A stretch of 61,056 bases of DNA, taken from Chiloscyllium plagiosum. Taxonomy: Eukaryota. Shown here piece by piece: positions 50,712 through 61,056 of this stretch (position 1 is its first letter; every line of letters begins with the position of its first letter). Where the stretch lies: contig NC_057755.1 of assembly GCF_004010195.1 (NCBI RefSeq), positions 6,868,529 to 6,929,584 of the forward strand, read 5' to 3'. Under the pieces are notes generated by a model that did not search any database, was not told the origin of the DNA, and worked only from the letters and a program-made list of their open reading frames with translations. The position numbers were made by a program, and so were the translations under genes.

Positions 50712-50978
50712 TGCACAGTAGCTCAGTGGTTAGCATCGCTGCCTCACAGCACCAAGGTCCCAGGTTTGATTCCAGCCTCGGGCAACTGTCGGTGTGGGGT
50801 TTGTACCTTCTCCCCGTGTCTGTGTGGGTTTCCTCCCGCTGTCCAAAGATGTGCAGGCCAGGTGAATTGGTCATGTTATATTGCCCATAGTGTTAGGTGT
50901 AGGGGTCTGGGTGTGTTGCGGGTCGGTGTGGACTTGTTAGGCCGAAGGGCCTGATTCCAAACTCTAAGTAATCTAATC
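50712..50978 (+). mobile_element. HE1-type SINE
   Basis: gcacagtagctcagtggttagc head and taagtaatctaatc tail. Confidence 0.88.
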
Positions 50979-52059
50979 ATTTCAGTTTTTATGTTGAACA
51001 ATTTTTTGAGATGTTGGGTTTGCTGAGTAAATCACTCACTGCATGCAGCAATGGCATTTTTACTTTCCTCAGTGATGCTGGTTTAGTTTAATTATATCCT
51101 GTCACCCCAGAATTGAACATTATAGCTATTTCACAACCTCACAATGTCTCTCTCTCTCTCTTTTTCTCCCTCTCTCTCCCACCTCTCTGCCTCCTTGTTT
51201 CTCCTGCTCTCTCAACTAATTAATTCTTTCTCTCACTCACTTTCTCTCACTGTCGAATTTTATCATGCTGCCCCTCTCTATGACCCAGTTTACTTTGACA
51301 GTGTGACAAACCTTCACAGAGTGTCAGATATTTTGGATGTTAATTCCTTCCTCAGATCCTGGGGGGTTGACCTGTTAGTGACACAATCCCAAGGCCCCGA
51401 CTAATTTAACATCAGGCTTCAAACCTATTTTAAAAACAACAGGGCCTCTTTCTGACAGGACACAATTAACCAGAGGCCCCTACACTGCAGACACCCCCCC
51501 CCCCCAAAAGGAGACTAACCCTCGGGGTAATAAACAGACCACAACTCACCGAGATTCCACGGGCTGCACCCTGGCGAACAGTTCTCAGGCCTCTGGAGGT
51601 TGTACTTTTCTAAGGATTTCGTGGTTCCAATCATTTTGGATCTTCAAATTGTAGCTTTCCCAACAAACGTCCCTCGGAACAAAAGAGAGAAAAGGTGAGT
51701 GGAACACTTTGATGCAAAATTGCACGGCAAAATCCGAGGTTTAAAAGCACCTCCCCTTCACCATTCGCATTCCTAATGTATTGCATAAGCTCACAGGAAC
51801 ATAAAAATACAAACAAAACATTTAGACAACAATTAAACAGAGGCTGGAAGCATTAACAAACACACACACACACACAGACTAGGAGAACTGCTCACTTTCG
51901 AGAGAGAGACAGATAAAGAACAGGATTTGAGAATCAACCTGACAGTTATTTGTTCACATTTATTCTGGGTCAGGGGTTTGTGGACTCCTCCCCTGCAATC
52001 TCTGACCCATTGCAACGTCTGTCATTCTGCTCCCTGGGAAGGGCTCTGTGTGAATGAGA

Positions 52060-52602
52060 TAAAATCATCCGCCGACATTTCTGCCACCTCCAAACAGACC
52101 CCACCACCAGGGATATATTTCCCTCCCCACCCCTCTCCGCCTTCCACAAAGACCATTCCCTCCGTGACTACCTGGTCAGGTCCACGCCCCCCTACGACCC
52201 ACCCTCCCATCCTGGCACTTTCCCCTGCCACCGCAGGAACTGTAAACCCTGTGCCCACACCTCCTCCCTCACCTCCATCCAAGGCCCTAAAGGAGCCACC
52301 TCATCCTAGTTTCTAACCTCCAGCAACACGATCCCCTTGACTTGTCCGGACTTGTCCGACCTGCCCAGCTCCTTTTCCACCTATCCACTCCACCCTCACC
52401 TATCACCTTCATCTCCTTCCCCACTGACCTATTGTACTCTATGCTACTTTCTCTCCACCCCCACCCTCCTCTAGCTTCTCTCTCCACGCTTCAGGCTCTC
52501 TGCCTTTATTCCTGATGAAGGGCTTTTGCCCGAAACGTCGATTTCGAAGCTTTTCGGATGCTGCCTGAATTGCTGTGCTCTTCCAGCACCACTGATCCAG
52601 AA
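52060..52602 (+). mobile_element. Internally deleted Penelope-like element
   Basis: cctggcactttcccctgccaccgcaggaactgtaaa (GTFPCHRRNCK) and terminal ctgatgaagggcttttgcccgaaacgtcg. Confidence 0.85.
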
Positions 52603-53949
52603 TCTGTGTGAATGAGATCTTCATTTCCTGGATGTGAGCCTTGTTGGATCTTGCTGCCATTGAGATGTTAATTCTAGGGTTAGCAAAGCCTGATCATTTC
52701 TAGTTTGTTAAACTCTTCCTTAAGTCTTGTTAGTCATGTCTGTGCAGGTTGAAAATATTAAACGTTGGATCCACATTAGCGTCTGAGAGCCTGACTGTAA
52801 ACACACCAAGACACACAGGACTGTGAAGAGGGTCGGGGAGGGGGGCTAATATTTGCTGAGGATCTCTCAGGATGTTCCTGCTGTACATGTGGTTCCCAGA
52901 AGCAAACTTTCTCTTTGTGTGTCTCTGTCCCTATCTATCTGTCTATCTCTCTCTCTCTCTCTGTCCCCGTGTCTCTCTGTCTCTCCATGCCCTGCTCCCT
53001 GTGTCTCTCTGTCTCTCCATGCAGCGATTACTAACTTGACTTCAATTTCGTTTTTTATTTCTGTTTCCCAAAAGTATCGGCAGAGTTTGGGAATTTGAAA
53101 CATAGATCGCATGCCTGCCCCTCAACCCCACATTACCTCCTCTCCGTACACCACCGTCCCCAAACACTCCCTACTCACGAAACAGAGGACTGCGGAGACC
53201 ATGGGCACTGAACAAGGTTTTTGTAAGGGGGGATATCAATGAGGGTCTGTGTTCAATTATTGTCACTGAAATATGTGTGTGAGTATGAATGTGTGTGTGT
53301 GAGAGAGAGAGATGGCGTGTGTGTGTGTGTGTGAGAGAGAGAGAGAAAGAGCGAGAGAGAGACCATGCATCTGTTTGTGTGTCTGTACGAGAGAGAGACT
53401 ATACCAGTGTGTCTGTGGGAGAAAGAGAGACCATGCCTGTGTGTGAGAGAGACACAGAGGTTTGTGAGAGAGGTCGCACATATGCTCTATCTCTGGCACA
53501 TGCACTCACAGTCTTTCTCTCGCACACTCACTCTCTAGCACGTGAATACACTGTGTGTGTGTGTGTCAGTGTCACTAGGACCCTGTATCATTGAGTCAGT
53601 TACACAGGTAAAGTTGTACTGATAAAGATATGAAGCACTATTTTCTGAATCCGTGTACACAAATCACTGAAAGCAAAAATAATGGTGTCACCAAATATTC
53701 GGAGGACACGTGATGATTTTTCGCTTATTCCCAAGGGATGGGACACGGGAAGAGTGAAAGCCTTATTGGGATTGTACACGGGATATGGACACCATGAGCC
53801 AAATGACAACGTCTCACAGATGGATGTGGCAATTTGCAGATGTTGCAAGAGTGGAGAGAGAAACTGACAGATGCACGTATACTGACCAAGGGACAGGGTG
53901 TGAGAGGAAGTTATTTGGATGTCAGCATGGTGAGTGAATGGGTAAAACA

Positions 53950-54290
53950 TCGTTCCAATCTAAAATCTAATCGAGGGGGTTTCGGGTTTACGTGGAAAAA
54001 CGGGTATCCGGGAATGCGTTACAGACTGGAATCTAATCAAGGGATTCGGGACAGGTAGTATATGTACTCACAGTCACCCGCGAGTGAGCTACAGACTGGA
54101 ATCTAATTGAGGGGTGTGGGGTAGTATATATTTATAATACCTGATGCGTGGTCGAAGTTAAAGATTCAAATCTCATCAAGGGTTTGGGATGATTTACATG
54201 CAGAATAAAACATAGGTGGGAGTGAGTTACAGACTTGAGCCGAATTGAGGGGTTTGAGGTGGTTTGGATACACAATAACAGATAGCTGAT
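53950..54290 (+). repeat. Degenerate tandem repeat (gagttacagactggaatctaatcgagggg..., ~70-bp unit)
   Basis: Units recognisable at ~53963, 54019, 54086 and 54223. Confidence 0.7.
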
Positions 54291-54339
54291 TCAGTCTTTG
54301 TATATTTGAGTCTGTTAGACATTTGGCGCTTGGAAAGTA

Positions 54340-56365
54340 AGATTCGAAGATGCGATGCTGGAAAAGCACAGCAGGTCAGGCAGCATCCGAGGAGCAGGAG
54401 AGTCGATGTTTCGGACAAAAGCCTTCACCTGGAATGAGGCTTGTATGCCAAGGGGGCTGAGAGATAAGTAGGAGGGAGATGGAGCTGGGAGGAAGGTAGC
54501 TGGGAATATGATAGGTAGGTTAAAGTGGGGATGAATGTGAGAGGTCAAAGGGGAAGAGGAGAGGAGAGGATATGTCAAATGGACAGGTAGGACAGAAGAC
54601 GAGGGTGGTGCTGAGTTGGAAGGTTGGGACTGGGACACGGTGGAGACTGGAGAAATGGGAAAAATGGTGAAAACCACATTGATCCGGGTGGTTGCAGGAT
54701 CCCAAGGTGGAAGGTGAAGCGTTCTTCCTCCAGGCATCGGGGTGATTATGGTTTGGTGATGGAGGTGGCCCAAGACCTACATGGCCTGGGTGAAGTGGGA
54801 GGGGGAGTTGAAGTGTTCAGTCACAGGGCAGTGGGGTTGGTTGTGCGGGTGTCCGGGAAAGGTTCTCTGAAACAATCCGCAAGTTGGCGTCCTATCTCCC
54901 CAAAGTGGAGGAGACCACATCAGGTGCAATGGATACAGGTGTGTGGAAGTACTAGTAGATTTCAGTCAGATGTGGAAGGATCCTTTGGGGCCTTGGTTGG
55001 AGGTGAGGGGGGAGGTGTGGGTGCAGGTTTTACACTTCCTGCGGTTGCAGGGCAAGGTACCGGGAGGGGTGGGTGGGTTGGTGGCAATTGTGAACCTGAC
55101 AAGGGAGTCACAGAGGGAATGGTTTCTCCGAAATGCAGATGGGGTGGAGAGGGCAATATATTTCTGCTGGTGGGATCTGTATGTAGCTGGCGGAAATGGC
55201 GGAGGATGATGCATTGTATTCGGAGGTTGGAGGGATGGAAGGTGCAAATCAAGGGTGTCTGTCCTTGGTTGTGATTAGAGGGGTAGCATTCAAGGACCAA
55301 GGTGTGGGAAGTGGAGGAGATGTGCTGGTGGGGATTGTTGACCACGCGCGAGGGGCAACTGTGATCTTTGAAGATGGAGGCCATTTGGGAAGTCATATGG
55401 TGGAATTGGTCCTGTGGGTGCCAATGTGGTGGAGGTAGTGGCATTGGGAATAAGGGATAGCACAATAGGTAGGATCGGAGGAGGTGCAGTCCAGGTAGCT
55501 GTGGGATTTGGTGGGTTTGTCATGGATGTCCGTGTTGAGTCAGTTGCAAGAGATGGAAATGGAGATGGAAGGGGACGGAGGTGTCTGTGATTGTCCAGGT
55601 GAACTTGAGGTCGGAGTGGAATGTGTTGGTGAAGTTGAAGAGCTATTCAACCTCCACCTGGGAGCACGAGATGGCGCCGATACAGTCATCGATGTAATCA
55701 TGGAAAATGTGGCGGGTGGTGCTGATATAGCTGCAGAAGATGGACTGCTTCACATACCCGATAAAGAGATAGGCTTTGCTGGGGCCTATGCGGATGCCCA
55801 TGGCTATTCCTTTCCATCTGCAGGCAGTTTGAAGATTAGAAGGAGAAATTGTTGAAGGTGAGGATCAGTTCAGCCAGGCGAGTGAGAGGGTCAGTGGAAG
55901 GGTACTGGTTGAGTTGGCCTGAGAGGAAGAAATGGAGAGCTTTGAGGCCTTCGTCATGGTGGACAGATGTGCACAGGGACTGGATGTCCATGCCCATGTA
56001 CATGAATGCACATCGCCAAGGCGTTAGGGGCCGGTAAAACAAAATTCATGGAGGAATTGGAGGGCATGGGTGGTGTTCTTGGACTAAAGGGGACAGGATG
56101 GTGTCAAGGTATGCAGACATAAGTTCAGTGGGGAAGGAGAAGGCTGAGACAATGGGTCGACTGATGCATTCCTGCTTGTGAATCTTGGATAGGAGGTAGA
56201 ATCGAGCAGTGCCGGGTTTCCGGATTCGAATGATGGGAGATCCACAGAGGTGATGAGGTTGTGGATTGTTTGGAAGACAATGGTTTGGTTGAGTGGTGGG
56301 AGGTGAGGTCATGGTCGACTGGGTAGTCGGAGGAGGTGTCTGTGAGTTGGTGCCTGGCTTCAGTG
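54340..56365 (-). mobile_element. Degenerate Penelope-like element (RT and GIY-YIG)
   Basis: Peptides TARFYLLSKIHK..SRPIVSA, MDIQSLCTS, LAELILTFNNFSF, GTLPCNRRKCKTC. Confidence 0.88.
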
Positions 56366-57735
56366 ACTACGGGGTCCACGCCCCCCAAACACCTATCCTC
56401 CCCTCCAGGCACCTTCCCCTGCCATCACAGGAATTGCAAAACCTGCGCCCACACCTCCCCACTCACCTCCATCCAAGATCCCATAGAAGCCTTCCACATC
56501 CATCAAAGTTTCACCTGCACGTCCATCAATGCCATTTATTGTATCACTTGCTCCCGATGCGGTCTCCTGTACATTGGGGAGACTGGATGCCTTCTCACAG
56601 AGTGCTTTAGGGAACATCTCCGGGACACCCGCACCAATCAACCTCACCGCCCCGTGGCCCAACATTTCAACTCCCCCTCCCACTCTGTCGAGGACATGCA
56701 GGTCCTGGGCATCCTACACCGCCATTCCCTTACCACCTGACACCTGGAGGAAGAATGCCTCATCTTCTGCCTCAGAACATTTCAATCCTAGGGCATCAAT
56801 GTAGACTTCACCAGTTTCCTCATTCCCCTCCCCCACCTTACCCCAGTTCCAGCCTTCCAGCTCACCACCATCCTCATGACCTGTCCTACCTGCCAATCTT
56901 CCTTCCCACATGATCGCTCCACCCTCCTCTCTGACCTAACGTCGTCATCCCCACCCCATTCATCCATTGTACTCTTTTCTACCTTCTCCCAAGCTCCTCT
57001 CTGACCTATCACCTTCATTCCGACACCCATCCACTTATTGTAATCTTTCCTACCTTCTCCTTAGCCCCAACACCCTCCCATTTAACTCTCCACCCTGGAG
57101 GCATTCTGCCTTCATTCATGATGAAGGGCTTTTGCCTTCATTCATAATGACGTCGATTTTCCTGCTCCTCGGATGCTGCCTGACCTACTGTGCGTTTCCA
57201 GCACTACTCCAATTTAGCCTGGCTTCAGTGGTCTGGAGTTCGGTGTGCCAAATTAGCACTGGAAACCCCAACTGCCCACTTGTCTGCTGGTTCGACGCTG
57301 AGGTTGGATTTGGAATGGAGGAAGTGGAGGACTGCATGCTGCAAGGCCGAGCGGGTGCGTCTCTCCAACCACATGAATCAATGTGGATTTCACTACTTTC
57401 CCCATTTATCCTCCCCCCAGCTTATCCCAGTTCCAACGTTCCCCCCTCGGAAGTGTCTTGTTGAACTGTCCTACCTGTCCACCTTCCATCCCTCCTATCT
57501 GCTCCACCCTGCTTCCAACCTATCACCATCAGCCTCCACCTTCACCTACCTATCGCATTCCCAGCTCCCTTCCCCCATCCCTAACTCCCTCCCATTTATC
57601 TCTCACCACAAGCCTCATTCCTGATGAAGGGCTTATGCCCGAAACATCGACTCTTCCGCTCCTCAGATGCTGCCTGACCTGCTGTGCTTTTCCAACACCA
57701 CACTCTTCGACTCAGACCTCCAGCATCTGCAGTCC
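56366..57735 (+). mobile_element. Penelope GIY-YIG endonuclease fragment plus two terminal repeats
   Basis: ORF 56336..56740: GTFPCHHRNCKTC...NAIYCITCSRCGLLYIGETG...FREHLRD...PVAQHFNSPSHS, the CCHH-linked GIY-YIG of Penelope elements. Confidence 0.92.
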
Positions 57736-58139
57736 CCACTCGCTCCGAGCTTGGAAGCTAAGACAGACGTTGCTGGAATGTGACATTGTCTCAGGAATTC
57801 ACTGTTATCAGGTTCTGGAATTTGCATTTTGATGACATTCAACGAGCTATCCCCATTTACTAACTCTGCAAAGGGAATTTTGATGATGCATTAATGCAGG
57901 ACAGTAAACAGCTTTTGAGACTTTCCCCATTGTGACAGTAATTCAGCCCCAATCTGAAACTTGGAGATATGTAAAGGAACAGAAATGAACCATCAGCTTT
58001 CTGTATTCCTGCTCCCAATGTAACATTTGACCATTCAGTTTATCTTATCTTCTATTTAACGTTCAGCAAGGATCACTTCACATTTCACATTATTTCTGTT
58101 CTATGGCCATTTCACCAGACTCCCCATATTTAAACCATC

Positions 58140-58525
58140 CCCATCTAAAACTCCAGGGCAGGTAGCGAGTGGGGTTAGATACAGAGTAATGCTCCTTCTA
58201 CACTGTCCCAATTGAACACTAGGAGAAAGTGAGGACTGCAGATGCTGGAGATCAGAGCTGAAAAATGTGTTACTGGAAAAGCGCAGCAGGTCAGGCAGCA
58301 TCTAAGGAGCAGGAGAATCAACGTTTTGGGCATAAGCTTATGCCTGAAATGTCGATTCTCCTGCTCCTTGGATGCTGCCTGACCTGCTGCGCTTTTCCAG
58401 CAACACATTTTTCAGACCCAATTGAACACTCCCAGGATAAGAACAGCATGGTGTGAGGTACAGAGTAAATCTCCCTCTACACTGCCTCCATTGAACACTC
58501 CCAGGACAGGGACAGCATAGGGTTC
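58140..58525 (+). repeat. Short array of a ~70-bp satellite (tacagagtaaa.ctccctctacactg...aacactcccaggacagg)
   Basis: 2-3 degenerate units visible around the Penelope insertion. Confidence 0.65.
58221..58416. mobile_element. Short fold-back Penelope terminus (imperfect palindrome 58258-58415) with a 14-bp target duplication
   Basis: Centre CATAAGCTTATG; CCCAATTGAACACT at both 58207-58220 and 58417-58430. Confidence 0.85.
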
Positions 58526-58539
58526 AGCACAAAGGGATT

Positions 58540-60460
58540 TGTGTGTGGGCAATCATACCTCACAAATGAGTTCGAGTTCTTTGATGTGACCAGGAAGATT
58601 GACGAGAGCAGGTTGGTAGACGTGTTCTATATGGATTTCAGTAAGGCCTTTGATAAGGCTCCACATGGTAGGCTGCTCTGGAAGGTTAGATGGTATGGAA
58701 TCCATGGGGAACTGGCAAATTGGACACACAATTGGCTTGATGGTAGGAAGCAGAGGTAATAGTGGAAGGATGTGTCTCAGGGGTCCGTGCTGGGCCCATT
58801 ACTGTTTGTTATCGATATAAATCATTTGGATGAGAATATACAAGGTATGATTAGCAAGTTTGCAGATGACACTAAAATAAGGGTATCATGGACAGTGAGG
58901 AAGGTTCTCAGAAACTGCAGCAGGACCGTGATCAGCTGGGGAAGTGGGCCGAGAAATAGTAAGTGGAGTTCAATATCGATAAGTGTGAGGTCTTGCATTT
59001 TGGAAAGTCAAATCAAGGTAGGAGTTTCATGGTGAATGGTCGGGCCTTAAGGAGTGGTGTGGAACAAAGGGACCTTGGAGTTTGGTTTCACGGTTCTCTG
59101 AAGGGTGAGTCCCAGGTAGACAGGGCAGTGAGGAAGGCTTTGGCACACTGGCCTTCATCAGTCAGGGCATTGAGTATAGAAGTTGGGGAGTAATGTTGCA
59201 GTTGTACATAACGTTGGTGAAGCCACACCTGGATTATTGTGTGGAGTTTCGGTCGCCTTGCTGTAGGAATGATGTTACTCAACTGGAAAGAGTGCAGAAG
59301 AAATTTACAGAGACGTTGTCAAGACTGAAGAGAATAAGTTATCAGGAGAGTTGGACAAGCTCGGACTTTTTATTTCTGTAGAGTGTAGGGGCCTGAGCGG
59401 GGTGCTCATAGCAGTGTATAAGACAATGAGAGGCATGAATAAGGTTAATGCACTCTTTTTCCTAGGTTTGGGCAAGGGAGGATTAGAGGGCATCAGTTTA
59501 AGGTTAGAGGGGAAAGAATGAAGGAGAAGCTGAGGGAGTTACGCATATGGAATGAGCTGCCCATGGAACTGGGTGAGGGGGGGGGGTACATTAATAATAT
59601 TGAAAAGGCATTTGGAAAAATCCATGGATAGGAACAGATTAGTAGAATATGGGCCAAGTGCGGGGAAATGCGGTTAGTGTGGACGGACATTTTGGTCGGC
59701 ATGGACCAATATGGGCCGAAGGGCCTGTCTCTGTGCTGTAGGACTCTATGACTCTCAGTAAGAAAGAGGATTCATGAGGGGAGAGCGATGGATGTGATCG
59801 ATATGGTCTTCAGTAAGTTGGTCAACGACATTTCTCAAGGTTAGATCTCAAGGAATACAGGGAGAAGTACCCATTTGGATTCAGAACTGGCTCGAAGGTA
59901 GAAGACAGAGGGTGGTGGTGGAGGGTCGTTTTTCAGTCTAGAGGCCTGTGACCAGTGGAGTGCCACAAGGATCGGTGCTAGGTCCACTGTATTTTGTCAT
60001 TTATTTAAATAATTTGGATGTGAACAGAGGAGATTATAGTTGGTGACTTTGGAGATGAGATCAAAATGAAGGTGCAGTGGGACAGCGAAGAAGGTTAACT
60101 CTGAGTACAAAGACATTATGGTCAGATGGGTCCATATGCCAAGGAGTGGCAGATTGAGTTTAATTTGGATAAAAAAGGGATGATGCTGCATTCTTGGGAA
60201 GATACATCAGAGCAGGACTTGTACACATTATGGTCAGGTCCTGGGGAGCATTGCTGAACAAACAGACCTTGGAGTTTTCGGGTTCAGAGTTCCTTGAAAG
60301 TTGAGTCACAAGTAGATAGGATAGTGAAGAAGGCGTTTAGTGTACTTTCCTTTATTGGTGAGGGCATCGAGTATAGGAGATGGCAGGCCATGCTGCGGGG
60401 ATACAGGACACTGGTTGGGCCACTTCTGGAATATTGCGTGCATTTCTGGATGATGTTGCA
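58540..60460 (+). mobile_element. Cluster of CR1 RT and 3' fragments
   Basis: Peptides YMDFSKAFDKAPH, QGSVLGPLLF, SKFADDTK, MEFNIDKCEVLHFGK. Confidence 0.9.
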
Positions 60461-61056
60461 GTCAAAAATGTGATGGGGCAGGCATTACCCAAGCAAAGGC
60501 ACAAAGTTAAACACAATTTAAACTGTCTCCATCACACAACCTCACAACAGACACACACAAAGTCACAGTCCTGAACTCTCGACTGTGGGACAACAGCATC
60601 AACAGCGTCTGCATTCTGAACAGGAACTGAAGTCTTCCTCAAATGTAACACCAAGATCTTTGTTTGATTCTCTGTGTACTGTTTTCATTCTCTGCTAGCT
60701 TCCGGGTTCTGAACATTCACATGGACAGACGCCCTAACTCCATGGGCTATATCATGTTCCAAACACAGCATCTGATTTCATTCTGGTGTGACACAGGAGC
60801 CCCTCAGTGTCATGGGAAATGTCAGTCTCTCTCACGTACAATCTCACAATCATTATGTTGTACACAATCTCTCTCTCTCTCTCTCCCATGCATAATCTAT
60901 CCCTCTCTATAGCTCGTTCTTGAGTCTGAATGAGATAAGAGGAAAATGGATAATGGAATTGAGCATAATGATCACAATCACTGTCATATACACTTGTTCT
61001 CTGCCTTGCACACACTTTTTCACAAGTGCACATCTGTGTGTGTGTCAGGGTTGGGG

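Larger units (their letters stand above)
50340..53300 (-). repeat. Locally duplicated module, copy 3 (with SINE and Penelope insertions)
   Basis: Same anchors; insertions at 50712-50978 and 52060-52602. Confidence 0.85.

Noticed and set aside
50357..50716. CC-chemokine-like ORF (GSCCAIS...)
   Set aside because: The reading frame is not conserved among paralogous copies and the cysteine spacing is unconvincing.

Overview
Repeat-dense vertebrate DNA with four N-gaps. The repeats (HE1-type tRNA-derived SINEs with (TCTAA)n tails, CR1 LINEs, Penelope/GIY-YIG retroelements, a Gypsy-type LTR relic) point to a cartilaginous fish, probably a carpet or bamboo shark (inference). Only one intact protein-coding gene is supported: a two-exon, 332-aa class A GPCR of the GPR139/GPR142-like group on the minus strand (exon 1 10132-10210, exon 2 8071-8990). 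Notable non-genic structures are: (1) a 4.2-kb satellite of ~20-bp units built from the SINE's Pol III A-box head, with higher-order periodicity, just upstream of the GPCR; (2) a near-perfect 1.93-kb inverted repeat centred on a Penelope terminus and carrying convergent CTCF-type motifs; (3) several minimal hammerhead-ribozyme cores at Penelope ends; (4) a family of locally duplicated exon-like modules of unknown identity; (5) several tandem and segmental duplications. Repeat boundaries were read by eye and are approximate unless stated otherwise.
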